Origin: Eledone cirrhosa
Lineage: Eukaryota
DNA length: 64,000 nucleotides
NCBI GenBank assembly: GCA_964016885.1
Contig: OZ024745.1
Span: forward strand, 19,158,001 to 19,222,000
Reading direction: 5' to 3'
In this document: positions 25,130-39,200 of the stretch, piece after piece
Numbering within the stretch: position 1 is the stretch's first letter
Layout of the letters: the number at the start of each line of letters is the position of its first letter
Notes under the pieces: generated by a model
The model's database searches: none
Told to the model about the DNA's origin: nothing
What the model saw: only the letters and a program-made list of their open reading frames with translations
Position numbers and translations under genes: made by a program

Positions 25130-25588
25130 TATCCCAGTACACTTATCCCAGTACACTTATCTCAGTACACTTACCACCAGTACACTTACTACCAGTACAC
25201 TTATCACCAGTACACTTATCACCAGTACACTTATCACCAGAACACTTATTACCAGAACACTTATCACCAGAACACTTATCACCAGAACACTTACTACCAG
25301 AACACTTACTACCAGAACACTTACCTCCAGTACACTTATCACCAGAACACTTACCACAACTGCACTTATCTCCACTACTCTTATCTCCAGTACACTTATC
25401 TCCACTACACTTATCTCCACTACACTTATCTCCACTACACTTACCTCCACTACACTTACCACCAGTATACTTACCACCAGTACACTTACCACCAGTACAC
25501 TTACCACCAGTACACTTACCACCAGTACACTTACTACCAGTACACTTACCTCCAGTACACTTACCTCCAATACACTTATCACCAGAAA
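25130..25588. repeat. 15-bp minisatellite (accagtacacttacc), about 30 copies
   Basis: Direct reading; ends about 60 bp before the exon M acceptor. Confidence 0.95.
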
Positions 25589-25645
25589 ACACAGCCAAAA
25601 ATTATTTATTTATTTTCCAATATTATTTTTTTTTCCTCACTCAAG

Positions 25646-25787
25646 GTCTGATATGTTTGTTTATGTAATCGGAAATAAAGATGGGAAATACAAAGTCGAT
25701 GGCGCTGATAGTGCAGTAGCTAAACTAAACAGCGAGAAGGCAACAGATGAACCATCATTTAGTGGTATTTACATCCAGAAAATAAAG
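25646..25787 (+). CDS. Cadherin exon M (last visible; TM exon expected beyond the window)
   Basis: polypyrimidine tract plus caag| and |gtatgt; (W)SDMFVYVIGNKDGKYKVDGADSAVAKLNSEKATDEPSFSGIYIQKIK; phase 2 to 0. Confidence 0.85.
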
Positions 25788-27816
25788 GTATGTGTCTGAA
25801 TAACTCAGGTGATTTCATTAGAACAGTCGTATTTATATATAGAAAATATAGGTATGTGTCTGAATAACTCAGGTGATTTCATTAGAACAAACCTGTGCTT
25901 AAATTAACAAAAAGAAAAACATAAATTAGTTAACATTGGAGCCTCTGTATGGTTTCTAGAAATAGCAGTCAAATCTCATTTAAATTACACCCTACTGTCT
26001 TAAAACATGAAGGACACATTAATGTAATCCTAGATACCCTAAAAGAATGAAAGGGTCTTGGTGAGAATGTCTTTGAACATAGGTTTATTCAATTATGGTT
26101 GATCTAAAGCTAAACAACAATTAACAGAAAACACTCAGGTGTGACTCAAGGTCAATTTGTTAGTCAATCTGGTTCATATGATTCACTTATGATTAAGGTG
26201 TTCTAATTGTCACTATCCTACTTTTTATCATACATAGTATATCTAGGTTTACCTTATATAATATGTCTTTCCTTTGTTAAAAATGTTGGGTGTTATTTCA
26301 GGAAAATTTGGCAACTATTTTTGACTGATTAACCATAGGGTAACAATGAAGTGTTTTGTTCAAGAACATAACGCACAACCTGGTCCTAGAATCGAACCCA
26401 CAACATTATAATCATAAGTCGAACACCCTTACTACTAGGCTATGCATTCTTTATTAATTAACCATACCACTCTCTAAAAATTAAAAACCTTGTAATTATA
26501 TATATATCAACATTATTATATATATATCAACATTATTATATATATATCAGCATTATTATATATATATATCAACATTATTATATATATATATATCAACATT
26601 ATTATATATATATCAGCATTATTATATATATATCAACATTATTATATATATATCAACATTATTATATATATATATCAACATTATTATATATATATATATA
26701 TCAACATTATTATATATATATCAGCATTATTATATATATATATCAACATTATTATATATATATATCAGCATTATTATATATATATATCAACATTATTATA
26801 TATATATCAGCATTATTATATATATATATCAACATTATTATATATATATCAACATTATTATATATATATCAGCATTATTATATATATATCAGCATTATTA
26901 TATATATATCAGCATTATTATATATATATATCAACATTATTATATATATATCAGCATTATTATATATATATCAGCATTATTATATATATATCAACATTAT
27001 TATATATATATATCAACATTATTATATATATATCAGCTTTATTATATATATATCAACATTATTATATATATATCAACATTATTATATATCAACATTATTA
27101 TATATATATCAACATTATTATATATCAACATTATTATATATATATCAACATTATTATATATATATCAGCATTATTATATATATATCAACATTATTATATA
27201 TATATATCAACATTATATATATATATCAGCATTATTATATATATATCAACATTATTATATGTATATATCAACATTATTATATATATATCAGCATTATTAT
27301 ATATATATCAGCATTATTATATATATATATATCAACATTATTATATATATATATATCAACATTGTTATATATATATCAGCATTATTATATATATATCAAC
27401 ATTATTATATATATATCAACATTATTATATATATATCAACATTATTATATATATATCAACATTATTATATATATATCAACATTATATATATATATCAACA
27501 TTATTATATATATATCAGCATTATTATTATATATATATCAACATTATATATATATCAACATTATTATATATATATCAGCATTATTATATATATATCAATA
27601 TTATTATATATATATCAACATTATTATATATATATCAACATTATTATATATATATCAACATTATATATATATCAGCATTATTATATATATATCAACATTA
27701 TTATATATATATCAACATTATTATATATATATCAACATTATTATATATATATCAGCATGATTATATATATATCAACATTATTATATATATATCAACATTA
27801 TTATATATATATATCA

Positions 27817-28003
27817 GCGGTGGATTGGCAGTATCGGTAGAGGGTCGGACGCCATGCTTTCCAGCATAGTTACGTCCCTTTACGATCTGAGTTCAAATCC
27901 CGCCGAGGTTAACTTTGCCTTTCATCCTTATGGGGTCGATAAAATAAAGTACCAGTAATGTACTGGGTAATTGCTGGCCTTGTGCCTAAAGTAGAAACAA
28001 TTA
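27817..28003 (+). mobile_element. Near full-length tRNA-derived SINE (family A)
   Basis: A-box tggcagtatcgg, B-box gttcaaatcc, core gcctttcatcctt..ggggtcgataaaataaagtaccag resembling the Nin-type SINE domain. Confidence 0.88.
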
Positions 28004-28275
28004 TATATATATATCAGCATTATTATATATATATCAACATTATTATATATATATCAACATTATTATATATATATCAGCTTTATTATATATATATCAACAT
28101 TATTATATATATATCAACATTATTATATATATATCAACATTATTGTATATATATCAGCATTATTATATATATATTAGCATTATTATATATATATCAACAT
28201 TATTATATATATATCAACATTATTATATATATATCAGCATTATTATATATATATTAGCATTATTATATATATATT

Positions 28276-28627
28276 AAAAAAAACACACAGTCCACGCTGT
28301 AATGTGGCCGTGTAGGCAACATGGTAAAAACCTCCCAGCCCCACACTGTAAATGTGTTTGGTGTTAGGAAGGGCATCCGGCTGTAGAAAACCCGCCAGAC
28401 AGTCCACGCTGTAATGTGGCCGTGTAGGCAACATGTTAAAAACCTCCCAGCCCCACACTGTAAATGTGGTTGGTGTTACGAAGGGCATCCGGCTGTAGAA
28501 AACACGCCAGACAGTCCTATGCGAGCAAGACAATCACTCTTGCCTCAAGTGGGAAACCCCCCGTCCAATCCCATGCAAGCGTGGAACACGGACGTTAAAC
28601 GTTGATGATGATGATGATGATGATGAT
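28276..28627 (+). mobile_element. RTE 3' UTR fragment, copy 1 of 3
   Basis: Internal ~113-bp duplication and (GAT)n tail; reverse complement of 17831-18065. Confidence 0.85.
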
Positions 28628-28839
28628 ATCAACATTATTATATATATATATCAACATTATTATATTTATATCAACATTATTATATATATATCAACATTAT
28701 TATATATATATCAGCATTATTATATATATATCAGCATTATTATATATATATATCAACATTATTATATATATATCAACATTATTATATATATATCAACATT
28801 ATTATATATATATCAACATTATTATATATATATCAACAA

Positions 28840-29027
28840 GGCGGTGGATTGGCAGTATCGGTAGAGGGTCGGACGCCATGCTTTCCAGCATAGTTATGTC
28901 CCTTTACAATCTGAGTTCAAATCCCGCCGAGGTTGACTTTGCCTTTCATCCTTACGGGGTCGATAAAATAAAGTACCAGTAATGCACTGGGGTAATTGCT
29001 GGCCTTGTGCCTAAAGTAGAAACAATT
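28840..29027 (+). mobile_element. tRNA-derived SINE (family A), second copy in the minisatellite
   Basis: Near-identical to 27817-28003. Confidence 0.88.
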
Positions 29028-30631
29028 ATATATATATCAACATTATTATATATATATCAACATTATTATATATATATATATCAACATTATTATATATATA
29101 TCAACATTATTATATATATATCAACATTATTATATATATATCAACATTATTATATATATATATCAACATTATTATATATATATATCAACATTATTATATA
29201 TATATATCAACATTATTATATATATATCAACATTATTATATATATATCAACATTATTATATATATATATCAACATTATTATATATATATATCAACATTAT
29301 TATATATATATCAACATTATTATATATATATATCAACATTATTATATATATATATCAACATTATTATATATATATCAACATTATTATATATATATATCAA
29401 CATTATTATATATATATCAACATTATAATATATATATATCAATATTATATATATATATCAACATTATTATATATATATCAACATTATTATATATATATCA
29501 GCTTTATTATATATATATCAACATTATTATATATATATCAACATTATTATATATCAACATTATTATATATATATCAACATTATTATATATCAACATTATT
29601 ATACATATATCAACATTATTATATATATATCAGCATTATTATATATATATCAACATTATTATATATATATATCAACATTATATATATATATCAGCATTAT
29701 TATATATATATCAACATTATTATATATATATATCAACATTATTATATATATATCAGCATTATTATATATATATCAGCATTATTATATATATATCAACATT
29801 ATTATATATATATCAACATTATTATATATATATATCAGCATTATTATATATATATCAACATTATTATATATATATCAACATTATTATATATATATCAACA
29901 TTATTATATATATATCAACATTATTATATATATATCAACATTATATATATATATATCAACATTATTATATATATATCAACATTATATATATATCAACATT
30001 ATATATATATCAACATTATTATATATATATCAGCATTATTATATATATATCAACATTATTATATATATATCAACATTATTATATATATATCAACATTATT
30101 ATATATATATCAACATTATATATATATCAGCATTATTATATATATATCAACATTATTATATATATATATCAACATTATTATATATATATCAACATTATTA
30201 TATATATATCAGCATTATTATATATATATCAACATTATTATATATATATCAACATTATTATATATATATCAACATTATTATATATATATCAACATTATAT
30301 ATATATCAGCATTATTATATATATATCAGCATTATTATATATATATCAACATTATTATATATATATCAACATTATTATATATATATCAGCATTATTATAT
30401 ATATATCAACATTATTATATATATATCAACATTATTATATATATATCAACATTATTATATATATATCAACATTATTATATATATATATATCAGCATTATT
30501 ATATATATATCAACATTATTATATATATATCAACATTATTATATATATATCAGCTTTATTATATATATATCAACATTATTATATATATATCAACATTATT
30601 GTATATATATCAGCATTATTATATATATATT

Positions 30632-30977
30632 AAAAAAAACACACAGTCCACGCTGTAATGTGGCCGTGTAGGCAACATGGTAAAAACCTCCCAGCCCCAC
30701 ACTGTAAATGTGTTTGGTGTTAGGAAGGGCATCCGGCTGTAGAAAACCCGCCAGACAGTTCACGCTGTAATGTGGCCGTGTAGGCAACATGTTAAAAACC
30801 TCCCAGCCCCACACTGTAAATGTGGTTGGTGTTACGAAGGGCATCCGGCTGTAGAAAACACGCCAGACAGTCCTATGCGAGCAAGACAATCACTCTTGCC
30901 TCAAGTGGGAAACCCCCCGTCCAATCCCATGCAAGCGTGGAACACGGACGTTAAACGTTGATGATGATGATGATGAT
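30632..30977 (+). mobile_element. RTE 3' UTR fragment, copy 2 of 3
   Basis: Near-identical to copy 1, including the left junction. Confidence 0.85.
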
Positions 30978-31778
30978 ATCAACATTATTATATATATATC
31001 AACATTATTATATATATATCAACATTATTATACATATATCAACATTATTATATATATATCAGCATTATTATATATATATCAGCATTATTATATATATATC
31101 AACATTATTATATATATATCAGCATTATTATATATATATATCAACATTATTATATATATATCAACATTATTATATATATATCAACATTATTATATATATA
31201 TCAACATTATTATATATATATCAACATTATTATATATATATCAACATTATTATATATATATATCAACATTATTATATATATATCAACATTATTATATATA
31301 TATCAACATTATTATATATATATCAACATTATTATATATATATATCAACATTATTATATATATATCAACATTATTATATATATATCAACATTATTATATA
31401 TATATATCAACATTATTATATATATATATCAACATTATTATATATATATCAACATTATTATATATATATATCAACATTATTATATATATATATCAACATT
31501 ATTATATATATATCAACATTATTATATATATATATCAACATTATTATATATATATCAACATTATTATATATATATCAACATTATTATATATATATCAGCT
31601 TTATTATATATATATCAACATTATTATATATATATCAAGATTATTATATATATATCAACATTATTATATATATATATCAACATTATTATATATATATCAA
31701 CATTATTATATATATATCAACATTATTATATATATATCAGCATTATTATATATATATTAGCATTATTATATATATATT

Positions 31779-32124
31779 AAAAAAAACACACAGTCCACGC
31801 TGTAATGTGGCCGTGTAGGCAACATGGTAAAAACCTCCCAGCCCCACACTGTAAATGTGTTTGGTGTTAGGAAGGGCATCCGGCTGTAGAAAACCCGCCA
31901 GACAGTCCACGCTGTAATGTGGCCGTGTAGGCAACATGTTAAAAACCTCCCAGCCCCACACTGTAAATGTGGTTGGTGTTACGAAGGGCATCCGGCTGTA
32001 GAAAACACGCCAGACAGTCCTATGCGAGCAAGACAATCACTCTTGCCTCAAGTGGGAAACCCCCCGTCCAATCCCATGCAGGCGTGGAACACGGACGTTA
32101 AACGTTGATGATGATGATGATGAT
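31779..32124 (+). mobile_element. RTE 3' UTR fragment, copy 3 of 3
   Basis: Near-identical to copies 1 and 2. Confidence 0.85.
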
Positions 32125-33012
32125 ATCAACATTATTATATATATATCAACATTATTATATATATATCAACATTATTATACATATATCAACATTATTATAT
32201 ATATATATCAGCATTATTATATATATATCAGCATTATTATATATATATCAACATTATTATATATATATCAGCATTATTATATATATATATCAACATTATT
32301 ATATATATATCAACATTATTATATATATATCAACATTATTATATATATATCAACATTATTATATATATATCAACATTATTATATATATATCAACATTATT
32401 ATATATATATCAACATTATTATATATATATATCAACATTATTATATATATATCAACATTATTATATATATATATCAACATTATTATATATATATCAACAT
32501 TATTATATATATATCAACATTATTATATATATATATCAACATTATTATATATATATATCAACATTATTATATATATATCAACATTATTATATATATATAT
32601 CAACATTATTATATATATATATCAACATTATTATATATATATCAACATTATTATATATATATCAACATTATATATATATATCAACATTATTATATATATA
32701 TCAACATTATATATATATATCAACATTATTATATATATATCAACATTATATATATATATCAACATTATTATATATATATCAACATTAAGGTAGCATAGTG
32801 CGGGACTAAGAGATGGTAATATATTTTTGATGTTATAAGGAGGATGTTGTTAATGATGATGGTTATGATGATATTGTTGATCATGATGATGTTAATGTTG
32901 TTAATGATGATGACGATGATGATGTTGTTGATGTTGTTGATAATATAAGGATGATGATGATGATGATGATGATGATATAAGGATGTTGTTAATGATGATG
33001 AAAATGATGATA

Positions 33013-33200
33013 ATCATCATCATCATTGTTTAACATTCATTTTTCCATGCTCGCATGGGTTGGACGAATTATCCTGTTGTGTGCAATGACAGGTCAATGA
33101 CCTTGTCATGCTCATACAGAACTAATTTTGGTTTGGATTCTACAGCTGGATGCCCTTCCTAGTACGAATCTCATTTACAGTAAGTACTGGGTACTTTTTT
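33013..33200 (-). mobile_element. RTE 3' UTR terminus that leads directly into the satellite
   Basis: (CAT)n tail, ttttccatgctcgcatgggttggacg, ctacagctggatgcccttcct, as in the other 3' UTR copies. Confidence 0.85.
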
Positions 33201-36200
33201 GCCGTGACACAACCACTTTACAGTGTGGGCTGGGTCCTTTATTGCCATGACACCTAGACAACCACTTTACAGCATAGGCTGGGTCCTTTTTTGCCATGAC
33301 ACCTAGACAACCACTTTACAATGTGGGCTGGGTCCTTTTTTGCCATGACACCTAGACAACCACTTTACAGTGTGGGCTGGGTCCTTTTTGCCGTGAGACC
33401 TAGACAACCACTTTACAGTGTGGGCTTGGTCCTTTTTGCCGTGAGACCTAGACAACCACTTTACAGCATGGGCTGGGTCCTTTTTGCCGTGAGACCTAGA
33501 CAACCACTTTACAGTGTGGGCTGGGTCCTTTTTGCCGTGAGACCTAGACAACCACTTCACAGTGTGCGCTGGGTCCTTTTTGCCGTGACACCTAGACAAC
33601 CACTTTACAGTGTGGGCTGGGTCCTTTTTTGACATGACACCCAGACAACCACTTTACAGTGTGGGCTTGGTCCTTTTTGCCGTGAGACCTAGACAACCAC
33701 TTTACAGTGTGGGCTGGGTCCTTTTTTGCCGTGACACCTAGACAACCACTTTACAGTGTGGGCTGGGTCCTTTTTTGCCATGACACCTAGACAACCACTT
33801 TACAGTGTGGGCTGGGTCCTTTTTTGCCATGACACCTAGACAACAACTTTACAGCATGGGCTGGCCCTTTTGCCATGACACCTAGACAACCACTTTACAG
33901 CGTGGACTGGGTTGTTTTTTGCCATGACACTTAGATAACCACTTTACAGTGTGGGCTGGGTCCTTTTTGCCGTGAGACCTAGATAACCACTTTACAGCAT
34001 GGGCTTGGTCCTTTTTGCCGTGAGACCTAGACAACCACTTTACAGTGTGCGCTGGGTCCTTTTTGCCGTGAGACCTAGACAACCACTTTACAGTGTGCGC
34101 TGGGTCCTTTTTGCCGTGACACCTAGACAACCACTTTACAGTGTGCGCTGGGTTCTTTTTGCCGTGAGACCTGGACAACCACTTTACAGTGTGGGCTGGG
34201 TCCTTTTTTGCCATGACACCTAGACAACCACTTTACAGTGTGGGCTGGGTCCTTTTTTGCCATGACACCTAGACAACCACTTTACAGTGTGAGCTAGGTC
34301 CTTTTTGCCGTGAGACCGACACAATCACTTTACAGTGTGGGCTGGGTCCTTTTTTGCCATGGCACCTAGACAACCACTTTACAGTGTGGGCTGGGTCCTT
34401 TTTTGCTATGACACCTAGACAACAACTTTACAGCATGGGCTGGCCCTTTTTGCCATGACAACTAGACAACCACTTTACAGCATGGGCTGGGTCCTTTTTG
34501 CCATGACACCTAGACAACCACTTTACAGTGTGGGCTGGGTCCTTTTTTGCCATGAAACCTAGACAACCACTTTACAGTGTGGGCTGGGTACTTTTTTGCC
34601 ATGACACCTAGACAACCACTTTACGGTGTGAGCTGGGTCCTTTTTGCCGTGAGACCTAGACAACTACTTTACAGTGTGGGCAGGGCCCTTTTTTGCCATG
34701 ACACCTATACAACCACTTTACAGTGTGGGCTGGGTCCTTTTTTGCTATGACACCTAGACAACCACTTTGCAGCATGGGCTGGGTCCTTTTTTGCCATGAA
34801 ACCTATACAACCACTTTACAGTGTGGGCTGGGTCCTTTTTTGCTATGACACCTAGACAACCACTTTACAGTGTGGACTGGGTCCTTTTTTGCCATGACAC
34901 CTAGACACCCACTTTACTGTGTGGGCTAGGCCCTTTTTTGCGATGACACCTAGACAACCACTTTACAGTGTGGGCTGGGCTCTTTTTGCCATTACACCTA
35001 GGCAAACACTTTACAGTGTGGGCTGGGTCCTTTTTTGCCATGGCACCTAGACAACCACTTTACAGTGTGGGCTGGGTCCTTTTTTGCCATGACACCTAGA
35101 CAACCACTTTACAGTTGTGGGCTGGGCTCTTTTTGCCATTACAACTAGACAACCACTTTACAGCATGGGTTGGGTCCTTTTTTGCCATGACATCTATACA
35201 ACCACTTTACAGTGTCGGCTGGGCCCTTTTTGCCATGACACCAAGACAACCAATTTACAGTGTGGGCTGGGGCCTTTTTTGCCATGACACCTAGACAACC
35301 ACTTTACAGCATGGGCTGGGCCCTTTTTGCCATGACACCCAGACAACCACTTTACAGCATGGGCTGGGTCCTTTTTGCCATGACACCTACACAACCACTT
35401 TACAGTGTGGGCTGGGTCCTTTTTCGCCATGACACCTAGACAACCACTTTACAGCATGGGCTGGGCCCTTTTTGCCATGACACCTAGACAACCACTTTAC
35501 AGTGTGGGCTGGGCCCTTTTTGCCATGACACATAGACAACCACTTTACAGAATGGGCTGGGTACTTTTTGCCGTGACACCTAAACAACCACTTTATAGTG
35601 TGGGCTGGGTCCTTTTTGCCGTGACACCTAGACAACCACTTTACAGCATGGTCTGGGTCCTTTTTTGCCATGACACCTAGACAACCACTTTACAGTGTGG
35701 GCTGGGCCCTTTTTGCCATGACACCTAGACAACCACTTTACAGTGTGAGCTGGGTACTTTTTGCCATGACACCTAGACAACCACTTTACAGTGTGGGCTG
35801 GGCACTTTTTGCCATGACACCTAGACAACCACTTTACAGTGTGAGCTGGGTACTTTTTGCCATGACACCTAGACAACCACTTTACAGTGTGAGCTGGGTA
35901 CTTTTTGCCATGACACCTAGACAACCACTTTACAGTGTGAGCTGGGTACTTTTTGCCATGACACCTAGACAACCACTTTACAGTGTGGGCTGGGCCCTTT
36001 TTGCCATGACACCTAGACAACCACTTTACAGTGTGGGCTGGGTCCTTTTTTGCCATGACACCTAGACAACCACTTTACAGTGTGGGCTAGGTCCTTTTTG
36101 CCGTGAGACCGAGACAATCACTTTACAATGTGAGCTGGGTCCTTTTTTGCCATGACACCTAGACAACCATTTTACAGTGTGGGCTGGGTCCTTTTTTGCC

Positions 36201-39200
36201 ATGACACCTAGACAACAACTTTACAGCATGGGCTGGGCCCTTTTTGCCATGACAGCTAGAGAACCACTTTACAGTGTGGGCTGGGCCCTATTTGCCATGA
36301 CAGCTAGACAACCACTTTACAGTGTGGGCTGGGTCCTTTTTTGCCATGACACCTAGACAACCACTTTACAGTGTGGGCTGGGTCCTTTTTTGCCATGACA
36401 CCTAGACAACCACTTTACAGTGTGGGCTGGGCCCTTTTTTGCCATGACACCTATACAACCACTTTACAGTGTGGGCTGGGTCCTTTTATGCTATGACACC
36501 TAGACAACCACTTTGCAGCATGGGCTGGGTTCTTTTTTGCCATGAAACCTATACAACCACTTTACAGTGTGGGCTGGGTCCTTTTTTGCCATGACACCTA
36601 GACAACCACTTTACAGTGTGGTCTGGGTCCTTTTTTGCCATGACACCTAGACACCCACTTTACTGTGTGGGCTGGGCCCTTTTTTGCGATGACACCTAGA
36701 CAACCACTTTACAGTGTGGGCTGGGCTCTTTTTGCCATTACACCTAGACAACCACTTTACAGTGTGGGCTGGGTCCTTTTTTGCCATGACACCTAGACAA
36801 CCACTTTACAGTGTGGGCTGGGTCCTTTTTTGCCATGACACCTAGACAACCACTTTACAGCATGGGCTGGGTCCTTTTTTGCCATGACACCTACACAACC
36901 ACTTTACAGCATGGGCTGGGTCCTTTTTTGCCATGACACCTATACAACCACTTTACAGTGTCGGCTGGGCCCTTTTTGCCATGACACCTAGACAACCAAT
37001 TTACAGTGTGGGCTGGGTCCTTTTTTGCCATGACACCTAGACAACCACTTTACAGCATGGGCTGGGCCCTTTTTGCCATGACACCCAGACAACCACTTTA
37101 CAGCATGGGCTGGGTCCTTTTTGCCATGACACCTACACAACCACTTTACAGTGTGGGCTGGGGCCATGACACCTAGACAACCACTTTACAGCATGGGCTG
37201 GGCCCTTTTTGCCATGACACCTAGACAACCACTTTACAGTGTGGGCTGGGCCCTTTTTGCCATGACACATAGACAACCACTTTACAGAATGGGCTGGGTA
37301 ATTTTTGCCGTGACACCTAAACAACCACTTTATAGTGTGGGCTGGGTCCTTTTTGCCGTGACACCTAGACAACCACTTTACAGCATGGGCTGGGTCCTTT
37401 TTTGCCATGACACCTAGACAACCACTTTACAGTGTGGGCTGGGCCCTTTTTGCCATGACACCTAGACAACCACTTTACAGTGTGAGCTGGGTACTTTTTG
37501 CCATGACACCTAGACAACCACTTTACAGTGTGGGCTGGGCACTTTTTGCCATGACACCTAGACAACCACTTTACAGTGTGAGCTGGGTACTTTTTGCCAT
37601 GACACCTAGACAACCACTTTACAGTGTGAGCTGGGTACTTTTTGCCATGACACCTAGACAACCACTTTACAGTGTGAGCTGGGTACTTTTTGCCATGACA
37701 CCTACACAACCACTTTACAGTGTGGGCTGGGCCCTTTTTGCCATGACACCTAGACAACCACTTTACAGTGTGGGCTGGGTCCTTTTTTGCCATGACACCT
37801 AGACAACCACTTTACAGTGTGGGCTAGGTCCTTTTTGCCGTGAGACCGAGACAATCACTTTACAATGTGAGCTGGGTCCTTTTTTGCCATGACACCTAGA
37901 CAACCATTTTACAGTGTGGGCTGGGTCCTTTTTTGCCATGACACCTAGACAACAACTTTACAGCATGGGCTGGGCGCTTTTTGCCATGACAGCTAGAGAA
38001 CCACTTTACAGTGTGGGCTGGGCCCTATTAGCCATGACACCTAGACAACCACTTTACAGTGTGGGCTGGGTCCTTTTTTGCCATGACACCTAGACAACCA
38101 CTTTACAGTGTGGGCTGGGTCCTTTTTTGCCATGACACCTAGACAACCACTTTACAGCATGGGCTGGGCCCTTTTTGCCATGACACCTAGACAACCACTT
38201 TACAGCATGGGCTAGGTCCTATTTGCCATAACACCTAGACAACCCCTTTACAGTGTGGGCTGGGTCCTTTTTCGCCTTGACACCTAGACAACCACTTTAC
38301 AGCATGGGCTGGGCACTTTTTGCCATGACACCTACACAACCACTTTACAGCATGGGCTGGGCACTTTTTGCCATGACACCTAGACAACCACTTTACAGCA
38401 TGGGCTGGGCCCTTTTTGCCATGACACCTAGACAACCACTTCACAGTGTGGGCTGGGCCCTTTTTGCCATGACACCTAGACAACCAATTTACAGTGTGGG
38501 CTGGGGCCTTTTTTGCCATGACACCTAGACAACCACTTTACAGCATGGGCTGGGCCCTTTTTGCCATGACACCTAGACAACCACTTTACAGTGTCGGCTG
38601 GGCCCTTTTTGCCATGACACCTAGACAACCAATTTACAGTGTGGGCTGGGGCCTTTTTTGCCATGACACCTAGACAACCACTTTACAGCATGGGCTGGGC
38701 CCTTTTTGCCATGACACCTAGACAACCACTTTACAGTGTCGGCTGGGCCCTTTTTGCCATGACACCTAGACAACCACTTTACAGCATGGGCTGGGTCCTT
38801 TTTGCCATGACACCTACACAACCACTTTACAGTGTGGGCTGGGGCCTTTTTTGCCATGACACCTAAACAACCACTTTACAGCATGGGCTGGGCCCTTTTT
38901 GCCATGACACCTAGACAACCACTTTACAGTGTGGGCTGGACCCATATTGACATGACACCTAGTCAACCACTTTACAGTGTGGGCTGGGTCCTTTTTGCCA
39001 TGACACCTACACAACCACTTTACAGTGTGGGCTGGGGCCTTTTTTGCCATGTCACCTAGACAACCACTTTACAGCATGGGCTGGGCCCTTTTTGCCATGA
39101 CACCTAGTCAACCACTTTACAGCGTGGACTGGGTTGTTTTTTGCCATGACACCTACACAACCACTTTACAGTGTGGGCTGGGCCCTTTTTGCCATGACAC

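Larger units (their letters stand above)
26497..32787. repeat. AT-rich ~17-21-bp minisatellite ca(a/g)cattatt(at)n with embedded TE fragments
   Basis: Hundreds of copies with a variable (AT)n count. Confidence 0.95.

Noticed and set aside
25110-25645. Thr/Ser-rich mucin-like extension in frame with exon M, and a minus-strand (KCSGD)n ORF
   Set aside because: A 15-bp repeat open in several frames; a strong acceptor at 25645 fits exon L phase. An alternative extension cannot be excluded without RNA data.
301-25787. Assignment to clustered-type protocadherins or to a specific gene symbol
   Set aside because: The multi-exon EC region and membrane-adjacent domain fit the CDH23/Cad87A-like group better, but orthology needs a phylogeny.
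27817-27905. tRNA gene
   Set aside because: A and B boxes belong to a multi-copy SINE head; no convincing cloverleaf.
27259-32788. Long I/Y-rich ORFs up to 554 aa
   Set aside because: Translations of the AT-rich minisatellite.
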